DNA of 64,000 nucleotides from positions 1 to 64,000 of IMG/VR virus record IMGVR_UViG_3300003690_000003, one strand, 5' to 3'. How positions within the stretch are numbered: position 1 is the stretch's first letter; each line of letters begins with the position of its first letter. This document shows, in pieces, positions 23,264 to 33,602 of this stretch. The position numbers and the translations under genes were made by a program. Origin of the DNA: a virus. The notes beneath the pieces are model-generated. The model ran no database searches, was not told where the DNA came from, and saw only the letters and a program-made list of their open reading frames with translations.

Positions 23264-25525
23264 TTACTCCTGTTCTGCTAACGATTTTTGTGCATCATAG
23301 GCTGTTCCAACTGCATTTAATAGCTTACCCATATAACCTCCCCGGCGCAATACTTTAAAAGCAAGATTTTCTGTGGAGTAAATACCGCCTTTTTGAAGTC
23401 CCGTTTGTCTCATTCTCTTGATCTTATCCTTGGTCACCTGTCCCAACGCGAGAGCTACCCCGTATTCTTTACGATCAAGATGTTTTTCTACTTTGTCTAT
23501 ATCTCTCATAACGTGTCGAGCTTTTTTAAAGATATTTAATTTATCTATTTCTTTTTGTTCTCGGGAAGGTTTCAATACCCATTCGTCATTTAAAATGGAA
23601 AAAACTCCCGTCGATGTGTGTTTTTCATCATCATCCTGAACATATAGCTCGACTTCAAATCCTTTCAGTTTAATATCGTGGTTGCGATTCCAATTGGCGC
23701 GAACAGCATCAAAATACTTTTTAACCAATCTTTCATCGTCAGCCACATCTCTAAAATCTATTACAATATGTACATCAAGGTCTGAATAATCCGACCAGTT
23801 GTAGTTCGCAAGAGATCCTGTTAGTATTATATCCTTTATATCTACGTTTGGCAAGTCTAATTTTTCAATAAATTCTTCTGCTATTTCTCGAAGTCTTTCT
23901 TTGATCTCGGGTCGAAGGTGGTCTCCATCCCACACTTCGGAATTTAAATCTGACTGCACCTCAAAAGAAGTTATAAGTTTTCCTCCATGTGGTCGGATTT
24001 TTATTCTAAGTTTTTTACGAGGCCCACAGTCTTCCTTAAGCTTTTTCTCCATCCCCTCTCGCGTATAACCCAACCTTTCGGCTTCTTCTTCGGCTTCGGC
24101 GGTTTGTGCTGCGAGCGCCGTGGCCTCTTCGGCCCGGGCCTGTATATCCTTTTGTTTCTGAGCGACTAGCTTCTTCCATGAAATATTCTTCCCTCCAGGT
24201 CCGTATTTCTCGTCTCCTCGAATTCCGTGCCGGCGAAGACGAGCTACCTCTGCCTTTGTTTCGGGTCGCACTTGATGGTGAAGATGAGGCCCCGTAGAGC
24301 CCCCCGTACTACCCGCTGTAATTCCCAGAAGCGCGCCCGATTTGAATATTCGTCCTGGTTTCAAATGAGTCGGAAGTTTATCTAAATGCAGCATCGCCCC
24401 CCGATGAGACTGTCCGTTTTCGTCTACATAACGATAAACAACATAATTCCCAGCGCCTTTGCCTATCCCCTTTTTTTTGCGACGAGTAATACTTCCTTTT
24501 GTTTCCGGGTGAACAGCTAAAATTTGCATATTGACTGGCGCGCTCAGTTCACCACGAATATCTTTTAATTTTTCTTGTCGAGATTGTTGGGCGGCCGCTA
24601 TTTCCCCCGCCGGTACATCCATTGCTTGGCCTGCTCCGGCCCACTCTTGTTCTGACCGCGCATACTCGGCTTCTCTAGCTAGCTCATCAGCAGCAATCGC
24701 AGCCTCCCGAGCCGAGGCAGCTCTGGTATCCACAGCTCGATGCCGCTGTGGCAATCCTGCGCCTTCAACCCCCGCCGGTCGGGTTCGCAGACCAAAATCT
24801 GAAGTAGTCACTGCAGTACTTGTCATGGGGTCGCGGTAATCCTGTGGTTGATTAACTATCTCGGGAGGATTGATTTCCCACCCTTTCTCATCTACATCCC
24901 CTATCCCCAACTCTTCCATAGACGCGTCCTCTTCGGGTTTAAACTCTATTTCCTCGGGCGGTCCCGGCGTAACAACCGCCTTGGGTTGCGCCTCTTCTAA
25001 CCCGCCGGGAGCCCCGGGCGGGGCTGATGTCCAATCTGGATCATCGGTAACTGCTTTAAAGGGGCCGGCCTTATTGGGGCCTGTTTTAGTTAACCTATTA
25101 AATGCTTTGCGCAATCTGCGTGCGCGGCCGGGTGACTTCTGATAATCCACTTCTTCTCGGACCTCCCTTCCATACTCTGAGGTATGGCGACGTACAGTGA
25201 CACCGCGCATTGTGTTGATATCATTAACTATTTGTTGAGTTAGTATATCCCTGTCGATCCCGCGAGGTAAGCGTATACGCAGTTTCATCGTGGTTAGATA
25301 GTAATCCTCTAACTGCTTTTGCACTCCTCCATCAACTCGGTCTACGGGAGTAACCGTTAAAACTTCAGGAACCGCACGAATATCGTTTTTAACTTCATCG
25401 CGATTGCCTCCGCGTTCATTGGACAACGCCAACAGTAAGAAGGCATTATAGGTATCTTGACTGTAAGTTAGATCATCCCTATCTTCTGATAAGAATGCAT
25501 TCCAATTTTCAACTAAATCTTTCAT
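23264..25525 (-). CDS. multidomain protein: M23-like peptidase plus C-terminal Pol-beta-type nucleotidyltransferase
   Basis: HRAVD, GNYV, HL...GSTGGSTGPHLH (M23); TGSLANYNWSDYSDLDVH...VELY (GS...DxD NTase). Confidence 0.75.
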   Translation of the reverse strand: MKDLVENWNAFLSEDRDDLTYSQDTYNAFLLLALSNERGGNRDEVKNDIRAVPEVLTVTPVDRVDGGVQKQLEDYYLTTMKLRIRLPRGIDRDILTQQIVNDINTMRGVTVRRHTSEYGREVREEVDYQKSPGRARRLRKAFNRLTKTGPNKAGPFKAVTDDPDWTSAPPGAPGGLEEAQPKAVVTPGPPEEIEFKPEEDASMEELGIGDVDEKGWEINPPEIVNQPQDYRDPMTSTAVTTSDFGLRTRPAGVEGAGLPQRHRAVDTRAASAREAAIAADELAREAEYARSEQEWAGAGQAMDVPAGEIAAAQQSRQEKLKDIRGELSAPVNMQILAVHPETKGSITRRKKKGIGKGAGNYVVYRYVDENGQSHRGAMLHLDKLPTHLKPGRIFKSGALLGITAGSTGGSTGPHLHHQVRPETKAEVARLRRHGIRGDEKYGPGGKNISWKKLVAQKQKDIQARAEEATALAAQTAEAEEEAERLGYTREGMEKKLKEDCGPRKKLRIKIRPHGGKLITSFEVQSDLNSEVWDGDHLRPEIKERLREIAEEFIEKLDLPNVDIKDIILTGSLANYNWSDYSDLDVHIVIDFRDVADDERLVKKYFDAVRANWNRNHDIKLKGFEVELYVQDDDEKHTSTGVFSILNDEWVLKPSREQKEIDKLNIFKKARHVMRDIDKVEKHLDRKEYGVALALGQVTKDKIKRMRQTGLQKGGIYSTENLAFKVLRRGGYMGKLLNAVGTAYDAQKSLAEQE

Positions 25526-25584
25526 GTTCGAGCACCACTCTCCCCATTAAATAGTGTCGAGCATCCCTTTCCGGCCCTCTTTTG

Positions 25585-25809
25585 TCAGGCGTCCCCTTGC
25601 GGGGTGAAACTACGGATGATCACCTTTTCTAACTCTTCCTGCATGATTTTTTTAGCCTCGACCTCTTGTTCACGCATTTCGTCAATAAATAACCATAAGG
25701 ACTCTCGTTCATCTGCTATCTTTTCCAGCTCTACCACCTTTTCTTCTAGATGACGTAGCCGTGCCTGTAAATTCTTGAACTCCACATACTTGCGAAAAAA
25801 ACGTCTCAT
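25585..25809 (-). CDS. small coiled-coil protein
   Basis: Heptad pattern, 74 aa. Confidence 0.55.
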   Translation of the reverse strand: MRRFFRKYVEFKNLQARLRHLEEKVVELEKIADERESLWLFIDEMREQEVEAKKIMQEELEKVIIRSFTPQGDA

Positions 25810-25841
25810 ATAAAGTAATTATACAGGAGCTGCAAAATTTT

Positions 25842-26084
25842 TTAATGCAGAGTTGGTTCTACAAAGATTATATCTTGTAACTCTTCTCGGGTGATGATTC
25901 CTGATTTCCTGGTCCTTACTAAATAAAGTAACTCAAACTGCTGCTCGGGAGATAAAGGAAACGGGGAATATCTGGTCTTTTTCTTCTCACCCAATATTAG
26001 CGCCAACGGTTCTGGTGCATCGTAAATACTCGTTTTTTTTATTTCATGGACTAGACGTATCGGTTTTTGGTGTTTCATACTCAT
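25842..26084 (-). CDS. hypothetical protein
   Basis: 80 aa. Confidence 0.4.
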   Translation of the reverse strand: MSMKHQKPIRLVHEIKKTSIYDAPEPLALILGEKKKTRYSPFPLSPEQQFELLYLVRTRKSGIITREELQDIIFVEPTLH

Positions 26085-26125
26085 ATCCTTTATTTTATTA
26101 TATCCTTTCTTGTGTAAAAGTTTAA

Positions 26126-27241
26126 CTAATTTCCCGCAGAATCGTCATCGTCGCCGGAGTCGTCGTCGTCGCCTGCCGAGTCATCGTCGTCGCCTAGGCC
26201 GCCTTCAACTACGTAGCCTATCTCAACCAGACTTCCCTCGGGGGGAATGACGTCGAAGCTTACTATATTAGTAGCTGCATCGTAGGTCCAATCATCAAAC
26301 TCTACAAAATCTACAAAAACAATCAACGTCTCTTCTATGGGGGGATATGTTAACTCCCATTCTTCGTGAGGTAGCGTTTGAATAGCCGCATCCTGAACGC
26401 CGGTCGACCAATCTGTCGAACAAATATCTATGACAGTGCCCCCAAAATAGTTTGTTGCATCAATGTATCTTTCCCCCACCCAGGTAGAATGAGTATAGCC
26501 TGTGCACACCGATTCCGCAACCGGAACATTTACAATGCTAGCCATAAAAACAGAATTCCGGGTCGCACCGAACCACGTTTGAAAATCTTGAAGCCCAACA
26601 GGCGTAGAGTTATAGTAGTGGTTGCTCTGTTCCTCTTCGTCACTGACAAAAACCACAAGCAACCCCGCATCTGGGCGCAGCCATCCTGCATTATACGTAT
26701 TATAGTCTATATAAGCAGTTATGGCATCAAACCCAGCCTCCTGCGGAGCGCCCCCAATATTATTGTACGCGTCCCACGCATCCTGCACAGAATCGCCCGG
26801 TAACAAGGGAAATTCTTGAGTTTGGAGGCCCCACGTCCAAGAAGTTGAAGTTATTCCTAGTCGCCACCCATTCGCCGGCAGTGCGTTCATCATAGCAGCT
26901 ATACCATCCACTATTGCTTGAGAGTGTTGCCACATAGACCCTGACTGATCAATAAGCCAAACAATGTCAATACCATTCATGGTGTAGGGTTGTTCAAAAG
27001 AATCAATCCAGACATCTCCCCCTTCACCCGGAACTTCTACTTCTACCTCAACTTCTACTATTACTTCTACCTCAACTTCTACCTCAACTTCTACTATTAC
27101 TTCTACCGGGACTTCGACCTCAACTATTACTTCAACTTCGACAATCTCGGGCGGCAGCGGTTCATGCATATTTATAAGCGCATAATCTCCTTCACAGCCT
27201 ATCAAAGCTAATAGAAGAAATAATGAAAGTATACGCTTCAT
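26126..27241 (-). CDS. vWA-domain lipoprotein with VEVEVI and GDDDDS repeats
   Basis: Lipobox LIGC; DIVWLIDQSGSM; VFVSDEEEQS; low-complexity repeats. Confidence 0.8.
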   Translation of the reverse strand: MKRILSLFLLLALIGCEGDYALINMHEPLPPEIVEVEVIVEVEVPVEVIVEVEVEVEVEVIVEVEVEVEVPGEGGDVWIDSFEQPYTMNGIDIVWLIDQSGSMWQHSQAIVDGIAAMMNALPANGWRLGITSTSWTWGLQTQEFPLLPGDSVQDAWDAYNNIGGAPQEAGFDAITAYIDYNTYNAGWLRPDAGLLVVFVSDEEEQSNHYYNSTPVGLQDFQTWFGATRNSVFMASIVNVPVAESVCTGYTHSTWVGERYIDATNYFGGTVIDICSTDWSTGVQDAAIQTLPHEEWELTYPPIEETLIVFVDFVEFDDWTYDAATNIVSFDVIPPEGSLVEIGYVVEGGLGDDDDSAGDDDDSGDDDDSAGN

Positions 27242-28035
27242 TAGTTGTGTAATCCTCCGCGCCTTGGGGCACTAGCTCCAGGCATAGCTTTTATGACTCC
27301 TACCATCTCCGCTGTTTTAACTCGGGCCTTGACTACATCCTTATCAAGAAACCATATGGGAGATATCCAAACGATATTACTTAATAATCGTCTCTGGGAG
27401 TTTCCTATATCAATACCTGTCACCACCCCCATAAATCTTCCATGTTGGTCAAACGCGCCCGCGCCCGAGGCTCCAAACCAACCAAACATATTAGTTACTA
27501 TCATATCGTGTTCTAAGGCTGCAACATGTCCACGAATAGTGAGAAGATCGTGATTGCCCGGAAAACCAGTATAAGTAATTGACGCACCAAGTATATTTCT
27601 ATTATCTTTGTATGGGTGCCACGGAGCAGCTATTCTTGAGTGAATTTGAGGAACTATCAATATAGCCAAATCTGCATCTAGATCACGATATACGATGGTA
27701 CCCACTACTACTTCTTCATCCCTAGCCTCTATGAACATAGTAGTTAAATTCTCAACGACGTGCGCTGCAGTAACCACAACATAGCGCCCGTACATCATCA
27801 TATATGTGCCGGAACCGTGGCCCCCATCAAAGGGATCAACAACTTTAACTGCAGCATTTCGTGCTATTATTTCGGTGGGGGTAAGTCGAGAAAATTCAAG
27901 TACGCGAGCCGTTTCTTGAAATGTTTCTACCGCTGTCCCGGTAACTTCGGTAACGGCAGCTGCTTGCGGAGAGGTACAGGATCCCAGCGCCAACAGGGCT
28001 ACTATAAATCCTACAAATATTCTCCAGCGGGTCAC
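27241..28035 (-). CDS. trypsin-like serine protease lipoprotein
   Basis: Lipobox LGSC; GSG, TAAH, DLA, GASG catalytic motifs. Confidence 0.82.
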   Translation of the reverse strand: MTRWRIFVGFIVALLALGSCTSPQAAAVTEVTGTAVETFQETARVLEFSRLTPTEIIARNAAVKVVDPFDGGHGSGTYMMMYGRYVVVTAAHVVENLTTMFIEARDEEVVVGTIVYRDLDADLAILIVPQIHSRIAAPWHPYKDNRNILGASITYTGFPGNHDLLTIRGHVAALEHDMIVTNMFGWFGASGAGAFDQHGRFMGVVTGIDIGNSQRRLLSNIVWISPIWFLDKDVVKARVKTAEMVGVIKAMPGASAPRRGGLHN

Positions 28036-28177
28036 ACTCGGACCTCCTCTTAAAAACCTTACCTATTTCTCTGCTTCTCTACCTACTTTTGCTACTGCAA
28101 CCTTTCTAACCTTTAGGGGCAACTACAGTTACCCTATTAGTAAATATGAAGCAGATTGCCTTTAACAGCTTTTAAAT

Positions 28178-28203
28178 AAAAAAAGACGCCCTGAAGGGCG
28201 CCC
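28178..28203 (-). terminator. intrinsic terminator after hsp20
   Basis: GGCGCCC-TTCA-GGGCGTC followed by a T run. Confidence 0.7.
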
Positions 28204-28226
28204 TTAATTTTCACGAAAAGTATTTT

Positions 28227-28646
28227 TTACTTAACTTCAATGCGATGGGAAAGAGGTACCTCACTATCCGGCTTCGGTACAATCACCGATAGAATGCCTT
28301 GGTTATATTCCGCATTAATGTTCGCAGGATCCACATTCTTGGGGAGTGACCAACTGCGGTGGAACGAACTATATGACATAGCAGTAGCACTCTCTTCCTT
28401 AGCCTCATATGAAATAGAAATAGTGGCGTCGTTGACATCAATATTAATATCTTTCTTATCTAGGCCTGGAATCACTACGTCGATGCGATAATCCTTATCG
28501 GATGCCGTCACATTCGTCTTAATCTGTGGGGTGGCTTCGCGCAAAATAGAGTTAAAGATTGGAGCAAATCCCCAGTCGTCCTCCAAAATATTGTCTAGCA
28601 AACTTCGTGTAGTCGGAATATTCGACCGTCTAATCATAGGATACAT
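28227..28646 (-). CDS. small heat-shock protein Hsp20
   Basis: IPGLDKKDINI, FHRSWSLP, AEYNQGILSVIVPK. Confidence 0.92.
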   Translation of the reverse strand: MYPMIRRSNIPTTRSLLDNILEDDWGFAPIFNSILREATPQIKTNVTASDKDYRIDVVIPGLDKKDINIDVNDATISISYEAKEESATAMSYSSFHRSWSLPKNVDPANINAEYNQGILSVIVPKPDSEVPLSHRIEVK

Positions 28647-28693
28647 ATGTTATCCCTCCTTCTGAGTATAATATAATCACTTATTTAAAAGTG

Positions 28694-29083
28694 TCAAGCA
28701 TCAATATCTGGAGTTCTGCCATAATCATCTTCCAGCCGTATGATATCACTTAGCTCCGGGGTACTCACCTCGATAAGCTCAATATCATAGTCGGCCGGTG
28801 CACAAAATCGATGGATCACCTCGGGCTTCACGTGATATGCTTCTCCCTCCGCGAGACCTAACGAAACGACGTCATCATTTTCATTATCTGGACCAATCTC
28901 TACAACGAGCGGCCCTGTGAGAACATATATAGTTTTATCTTTCTGTTCATGATATTGCCGTGAAAGCTGATGGCCACCCTTAATAAATATATATTTTGCT
29001 ACATACCTCTCTGTACAAGCCCAAATTCTCTCGTAGCCCCAAGGCTTATCGATATAGAGAATATCTTCATCTGTTTTGAGCAT
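28694..29083 (-). CDS. cupin (mannose-6-P isomerase-like)
   Basis: KPWG, LSRQYH, HRF, IEVSTPELSDIIRLEDDYGR. Confidence 0.85.
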   Translation of the reverse strand: MLKTDEDILYIDKPWGYERIWACTERYVAKYIFIKGGHQLSRQYHEQKDKTIYVLTGPLVVEIGPDNENDDVVSLGLAEGEAYHVKPEVIHRFCAPADYDIELIEVSTPELSDIIRLEDDYGRTPDIDA

Positions 29084-29084
29084 G

Positions 29085-29393
29085 CTAGCCCTTTAAAAGT
29101 TGTTTGGAGGATGTTTTAAAAATCTGATCAGCCAAAATACCGGGGGGCCCCACCACCGTTACAACCGACACATTATTACCCGTCCCAAAATGAACGCGCG
29201 AAAACTCTTGCCTTGGATCTAGTTTGGTAGGAAGGGCGCCCCTCGCAAGATTATTAGCCATTACGGGATCAGGTTTAATCTGCAGTATAGATGATGGATT
29301 AATCCATATTTCATCTAACTCATAATGAACAGAGTTTTTTCTTTCGTTTACATTAAAATCATTCACCTTTTTAACTTCTACAAATTTAATCAT
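29085..29393 (-). CDS. hypothetical protein
   Basis: 102 aa in operon. Confidence 0.6.
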   Translation of the reverse strand: MIKFVEVKKVNDFNVNERKNSVHYELDEIWINPSSILQIKPDPVMANNLARGALPTKLDPRQEFSRVHFGTGNNVSVVTVVGPPGILADQIFKTSSKQLLKG

Positions 29394-29739
29394 CAGAGAT
29401 CTCCAGTTCTTCCGAAATCACACGGGATGCAGAGTCGGCCGGAATGTCTTCTTCGGGAACGGTCTCAGGAGTACGTTGTATCCTTTGATAATCTTCGTGC
29501 CCGCTAACTATTTGTTCTATTTCCATCAATCGAATATCTATCTGTGTTAGATGCTGGCGAAGCATCTCAATCATTTCAAAAACTTGATGAGGATTAACTT
29601 CATCGGCCTGGAGGGTTGTTACTAGACTGTTAAAAAGTTCGACAGCGGCCTTGAGTGTATCCCCTTTGTTGACTGTAAGATAGGCGCACTCAGTCAAAAT
29701 ATCCTCGACATTAGCTGTATAGCTAAGTTTAACTCTCAT
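29386..29739 (-). CDS. hypothetical protein
   Basis: MRVKLSYT..., helical. Confidence 0.6.
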   Translation of the reverse strand: MRVKLSYTANVEDILTECAYLTVNKGDTLKAAVELFNSLVTTLQADEVNPHQVFEMIEMLRQHLTQIDIRLMEIEQIVSGHEDYQRIQRTPETVPEEDIPADSASRVISEELEISDD

Positions 29740-29757
29740 ATTTCTTCCTTTCATTGA

Positions 29758-30039
29758 TTATAGAATAGTTCTCCAGGCGGTTGTGATTACTAGACCGGTG
29801 CCTATAGATACTACAATCCACATAAGCTTTGTGTTGTTGTTTTTCCATGACTCTAGGATGAACAAACGAATATCCAGTTTGTTGAGTCTCGCGTACAACC
29901 CCTCGTCTGGATTGTAAACAGCCTCTTTGATTTTGGTTATATTTTCTGCCAGTTCTTCTTGCTTGTCTATCAACGTTTCTATCTTGCCCGTTAGTTCCGC
30001 TAAAGCAATAATAACCTGATTTTCGTTTACGTCTGACAT
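29758..30039 (-). CDS. coiled-coil protein with C-terminal TM helix
   Basis: YNPDEGLYARL; LMWIVVSIGTGLVI. Confidence 0.65.
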   Translation of the reverse strand: MSDVNENQVIIALAELTGKIETLIDKQEELAENITKIKEAVYNPDEGLYARLNKLDIRLFILESWKNNNTKLMWIVVSIGTGLVITTAWRTIL

Positions 30040-30079
30040 TCCACCGATTCTCCATGGTTCGTTTCTTCCTTAACTAGTG

Positions 30080-31651
30080 TTATGTTTCTATAATGGCGTG
30101 ACTCGTAGTGATTAATGTTCCCGCTGCAGAAGCTGCATTTTGAAGGGCCGTTCTTGTCACCTTTAAAGGATCAATAATTCCAGCGTCATACATATCTACA
30201 ATCGAAAAGTCTCGAAAGTTGAAGCCAGATTTTTTCGGGGCGTTTCGTATTTTAGCCTCGATTAAATCAGGGCTTTGGCCAGCATTAATCGCCATCTGTC
30301 GCAGAGGCGCAACAACTGCTTTTTTCACAATTTCTGCTCCCAAACCCTGGTCTTCATTTTCTACGTCCACTGTCAAATTTTCTATTGCCCGCAGGAGCGC
30401 AACCCCGCCTCCCGGCACGATTCCTTCTTGTTGGGCCGCACGTACAGCCTCTAATGCGTCTTCTACTCGATGTTTCTTTTCGATCATTTCTACTTCAGTA
30501 GGTGCTCCCACACGAATAACGGCTACGCCCGCGGCCAGCTTGGTAATGCGTTGTTGAATCTTTTCACATTCTTTAATCTCTTCCGTCTGGGCGAGTTCAC
30601 TTTTGAGAAGCTCTATTCTCTTGTCTATCTCTTCAAAATCTCCGCATCCTCCAATAACAGTCGTGAGAACCTTAGTAATATCGATGGATTTACATTGACC
30701 AAAGTGAGTTAACTTCACAGTCTTCAGCTTCGTTGTCGAATCTCTGGTTAAAAACGTAGCTCCTGTTGAGACAGCCAAATCGCTGAGCATGCTTTTTCTC
30801 GCTTCCCCGTAGAAGGGCGCCTTAACGGCGGCGATTTTCAGAGTTCCTCTTACCGTATTCATGATAAGAGCAGCGAGAGCTTGACCTTCAATCTCTTCAG
30901 CAAAGATAACCAGGGGGCGCCCATCTCTAGATACCACTTCTAATACTGGAAGGATTTGTTCTACCGTGTCTATCCTTGCGTCTGTTACCAGCAACAGCGG
31001 GCTGTCATATTTAACAGCTCCCCGTCGTTCATCTGTGACGAAAGCCGATGCTACGTACCCTGCCGGCATTCTAAAGCCTTCTATCACATCTAGGGAGGTT
31101 TCCATCGAACGCGCTTCTTCGACCGTTATCGCACCGTCGGCGCCGGCCTTGTCAATTGCAGTTGCAACCAACTTTCCAATGACCGGATCGTTGTTGGCCG
31201 AAATGGTAGCCACACTTTCAACATCTTCAAGGCTCGTAACGGGAGTTGCCATTTCTTGTAGGTTCTCAACAATAGCTATCACAGCCTTGTCAATTCCTCG
31301 TTTAAGTTCGATAGGTGAAGCGCCGGCGGTAAGGTACTTTTGGGCCTCCCTAAAGATTTCTCTTGCGAGAACCGTCGCAGTAGTGGTGCCGTCGCCAGTT
31401 ACCGTGTTGGTTTCAGAAGCAGCTTGCTTTAAAATCTGAGCACCGGCGTTGGCAAACTCATCGTCTAAATGGACAAAAACCGATACTGTCACTCCATCTT
31501 TAGTAATAAAGGGATCTTTACCTTTCTCTTGAAGGATTACATTTCTTCCCTTTGGTCCCAGCGTGGTTGCTACGTAGTCGGCTAGCTTATTAACTCCTTC
31601 TAAAAGTTTCTCATTAAGAACACGTCGGTCCTCAAACTTACACGTCGCCAT
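30080..31651 (-). CDS. groEL: chaperonin GroEL
   Basis: TLGPKGRNV, TKDGVTV, GDGTTT, AAVKAP, GIVPGGG, GIIDP. Confidence 0.96.
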   Translation of the reverse strand: MATCKFEDRRVLNEKLLEGVNKLADYVATTLGPKGRNVILQEKGKDPFITKDGVTVSVFVHLDDEFANAGAQILKQAASETNTVTGDGTTTATVLAREIFREAQKYLTAGASPIELKRGIDKAVIAIVENLQEMATPVTSLEDVESVATISANNDPVIGKLVATAIDKAGADGAITVEEARSMETSLDVIEGFRMPAGYVASAFVTDERRGAVKYDSPLLLVTDARIDTVEQILPVLEVVSRDGRPLVIFAEEIEGQALAALIMNTVRGTLKIAAVKAPFYGEARKSMLSDLAVSTGATFLTRDSTTKLKTVKLTHFGQCKSIDITKVLTTVIGGCGDFEEIDKRIELLKSELAQTEEIKECEKIQQRITKLAAGVAVIRVGAPTEVEMIEKKHRVEDALEAVRAAQQEGIVPGGGVALLRAIENLTVDVENEDQGLGAEIVKKAVVAPLRQMAINAGQSPDLIEAKIRNAPKKSGFNFRDFSIVDMYDAGIIDPLKVTRTALQNAASAAGTLITTSHAIIET

Positions 31652-31710
31652 TCATCCTCCGAGTTGTATGATTATTATAACACAGAATTTTCAATTGTCA
31701 AACTACTTTC

Positions 31711-33582
31711 TTATTCCGCTGCCTGGGGGAGAGTTTCTTCCTCCCTGCGGGTGGTTATTTCCGCGTCTACATTATCTTTAAGTTCTATACACTCCTCAGA
31801 AGCTTCTTGCCCCGCTGCAAGATCGTTCTGAGTGTATAATAGTTGCAGCTCGGCCATTAGTTTATCAACACTTACAAAAACCGGCATTAGGCGCTCCTTG
31901 ATGTCTTTATTGTATAGATTAATTGCATCATAAATAGAGCGTTTATCTAGTCTAATCTCGTCAATAAAATATGAAGTTTCCCCAAAGGTGACCTTATCCT
32001 GGGGGATGGAGAACTGAGACTTCTCGTCAAGACCTTTTGCGGATTTGAGGACTAGCTCGTAAAAGTCGTTGGGATTGGCTTTCGCCCACGCAACAAAGTT
32101 TTGTTGTTCAATGTCGTTAAGCCCCGCCAGGGTTCCCTCCTGGGCCATGGTCAACCTTTCAGCCGCCGATTTTTGCGCTTTCTCGCCAGAAGCCTTCGAG
32201 TATGCAAAGCCGCCCGTACTAAAACGACCAGAAATGCGTGACAACTGAGGGACCGCTTTGGTAAAGGCGTGGTGAAGGATCCTGGATGCGACTTCGTATT
32301 CCTTTTCGTTAGCTGGGCCCGCTACTAAAACGTCCAAGGCGGCGGCGACGTGGGGCTGTTTAATCTTTAGTTGGCCCGAATGGCCTCCCGCCGGGTCGGG
32401 ATCGAGCCCCGTCCACTCTGGACCATTACTGATGCTGATAACCTCGGCATGCTTATACATACTTTTAAGAAGTTCGTGTTGGCTCTGAAGGTATCCAGCC
32501 GCGGCTACGATGTAGGGACGTGAAGAGTCCCAAAGTTCTCTGCGGCCGGCCAGAGAGGTCGTAAGATTTGGCGCGGCCTCTCCATCCGGCATTACTTGAG
32601 CGTCTTCGCGGAACTTTGGGTGTACCCCTAGCGCAGGCTGAATCTTTATTACTTCCTTCCTGAACCGAGACGCTGCGGTGGCTTCATCCTCGCGCTTTTC
32701 GGGGCCGGGCTCGAACTTCCCGACGCGTTGGTAGCCCGGTTCGCCGCGTTTCGGTTTGGGCTGCGCCGGGGAGCCTCGTGAAGTCGAAAGGGCCTGCAGT
32801 TGGCTCGGATCGATAACAATAAACTTGCCCACCCAATAAATAAAATTTTCAATGTTGATATTGAATTCATAAAAGGCCACTTGTGACGCGTCCGCGTGTA
32901 TCGCCGCAAGCACATAGTCTATCCCGCGATCGGGAAACTTAGATATATGATTTGCAAGATTTTTAAGGGATCCCTTGATGGGGGTTTTCCCTTTTCCGCC
33001 GGTGAGTCTTTTAAGTGAGACGGGATCGCCGGCGCCACCTTCGTAGTCAACGATAGGAAGAGTGCCGCCCGTCTCATCGCTGTTCTCTATAATCTGCCTT
33101 CCTTTCATAAGGCCCGCAAGAAAAGCTTCCAAAAGGAACCCGCTTCCGGACGGAGAATAATCTTTAAAAACCTCTGACATACACTTAAGAAAGGTTACGA
33201 AAGATAAAATCTCATCGACCGAGCGCGTCTCGTCATATTCCGTCATGAAGAGCTTTACATTGTTGAGCTTTTCTCGGAGAGTTCTCCCCCCAACGCCGCT
33301 CATGGAACGTATAAATGCCTGGCGTGTTTTATTTTTGTCTTTTATCTCGCCAATCTCTTCGGTAATATTGGGAGTATAGATGGTGTCAAAGAACTTAGCA
33401 GCAGAAAAATCTTTTATTCCTTCCGTGAGAAGGGTTGGGTCCCGGTTCTCTACTATCGGAAGGCCGGCCTCTTCCATTGAATTCATCACTTTCTCAATCA
33501 GGCCGGCGAGATTCTCGAAACCAAAGATGTCCTCCCTCTCTTCGAAGTGACTCTCCACTATTTGATCAAAGTCGTTAGTCAT
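31711..33582 (-). CDS. large hypothetical protein, possible PD-(D/E)xK-like domain
   Basis: 623 aa; GFLLEAFLAGL...IVDY...VSLK. Confidence 0.6.
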   Translation of the reverse strand: MTNDFDQIVESHFEEREDIFGFENLAGLIEKVMNSMEEAGLPIVENRDPTLLTEGIKDFSAAKFFDTIYTPNITEEIGEIKDKNKTRQAFIRSMSGVGGRTLREKLNNVKLFMTEYDETRSVDEILSFVTFLKCMSEVFKDYSPSGSGFLLEAFLAGLMKGRQIIENSDETGGTLPIVDYEGGAGDPVSLKRLTGGKGKTPIKGSLKNLANHISKFPDRGIDYVLAAIHADASQVAFYEFNINIENFIYWVGKFIVIDPSQLQALSTSRGSPAQPKPKRGEPGYQRVGKFEPGPEKREDEATAASRFRKEVIKIQPALGVHPKFREDAQVMPDGEAAPNLTTSLAGRRELWDSSRPYIVAAAGYLQSQHELLKSMYKHAEVISISNGPEWTGLDPDPAGGHSGQLKIKQPHVAAALDVLVAGPANEKEYEVASRILHHAFTKAVPQLSRISGRFSTGGFAYSKASGEKAQKSAAERLTMAQEGTLAGLNDIEQQNFVAWAKANPNDFYELVLKSAKGLDEKSQFSIPQDKVTFGETSYFIDEIRLDKRSIYDAINLYNKDIKERLMPVFVSVDKLMAELQLLYTQNDLAAGQEASEECIELKDNVDAEITTRREEETLPQAAE

Positions 33583-33602
33583 AATGTAAACTCCTGATAT
33601 AA

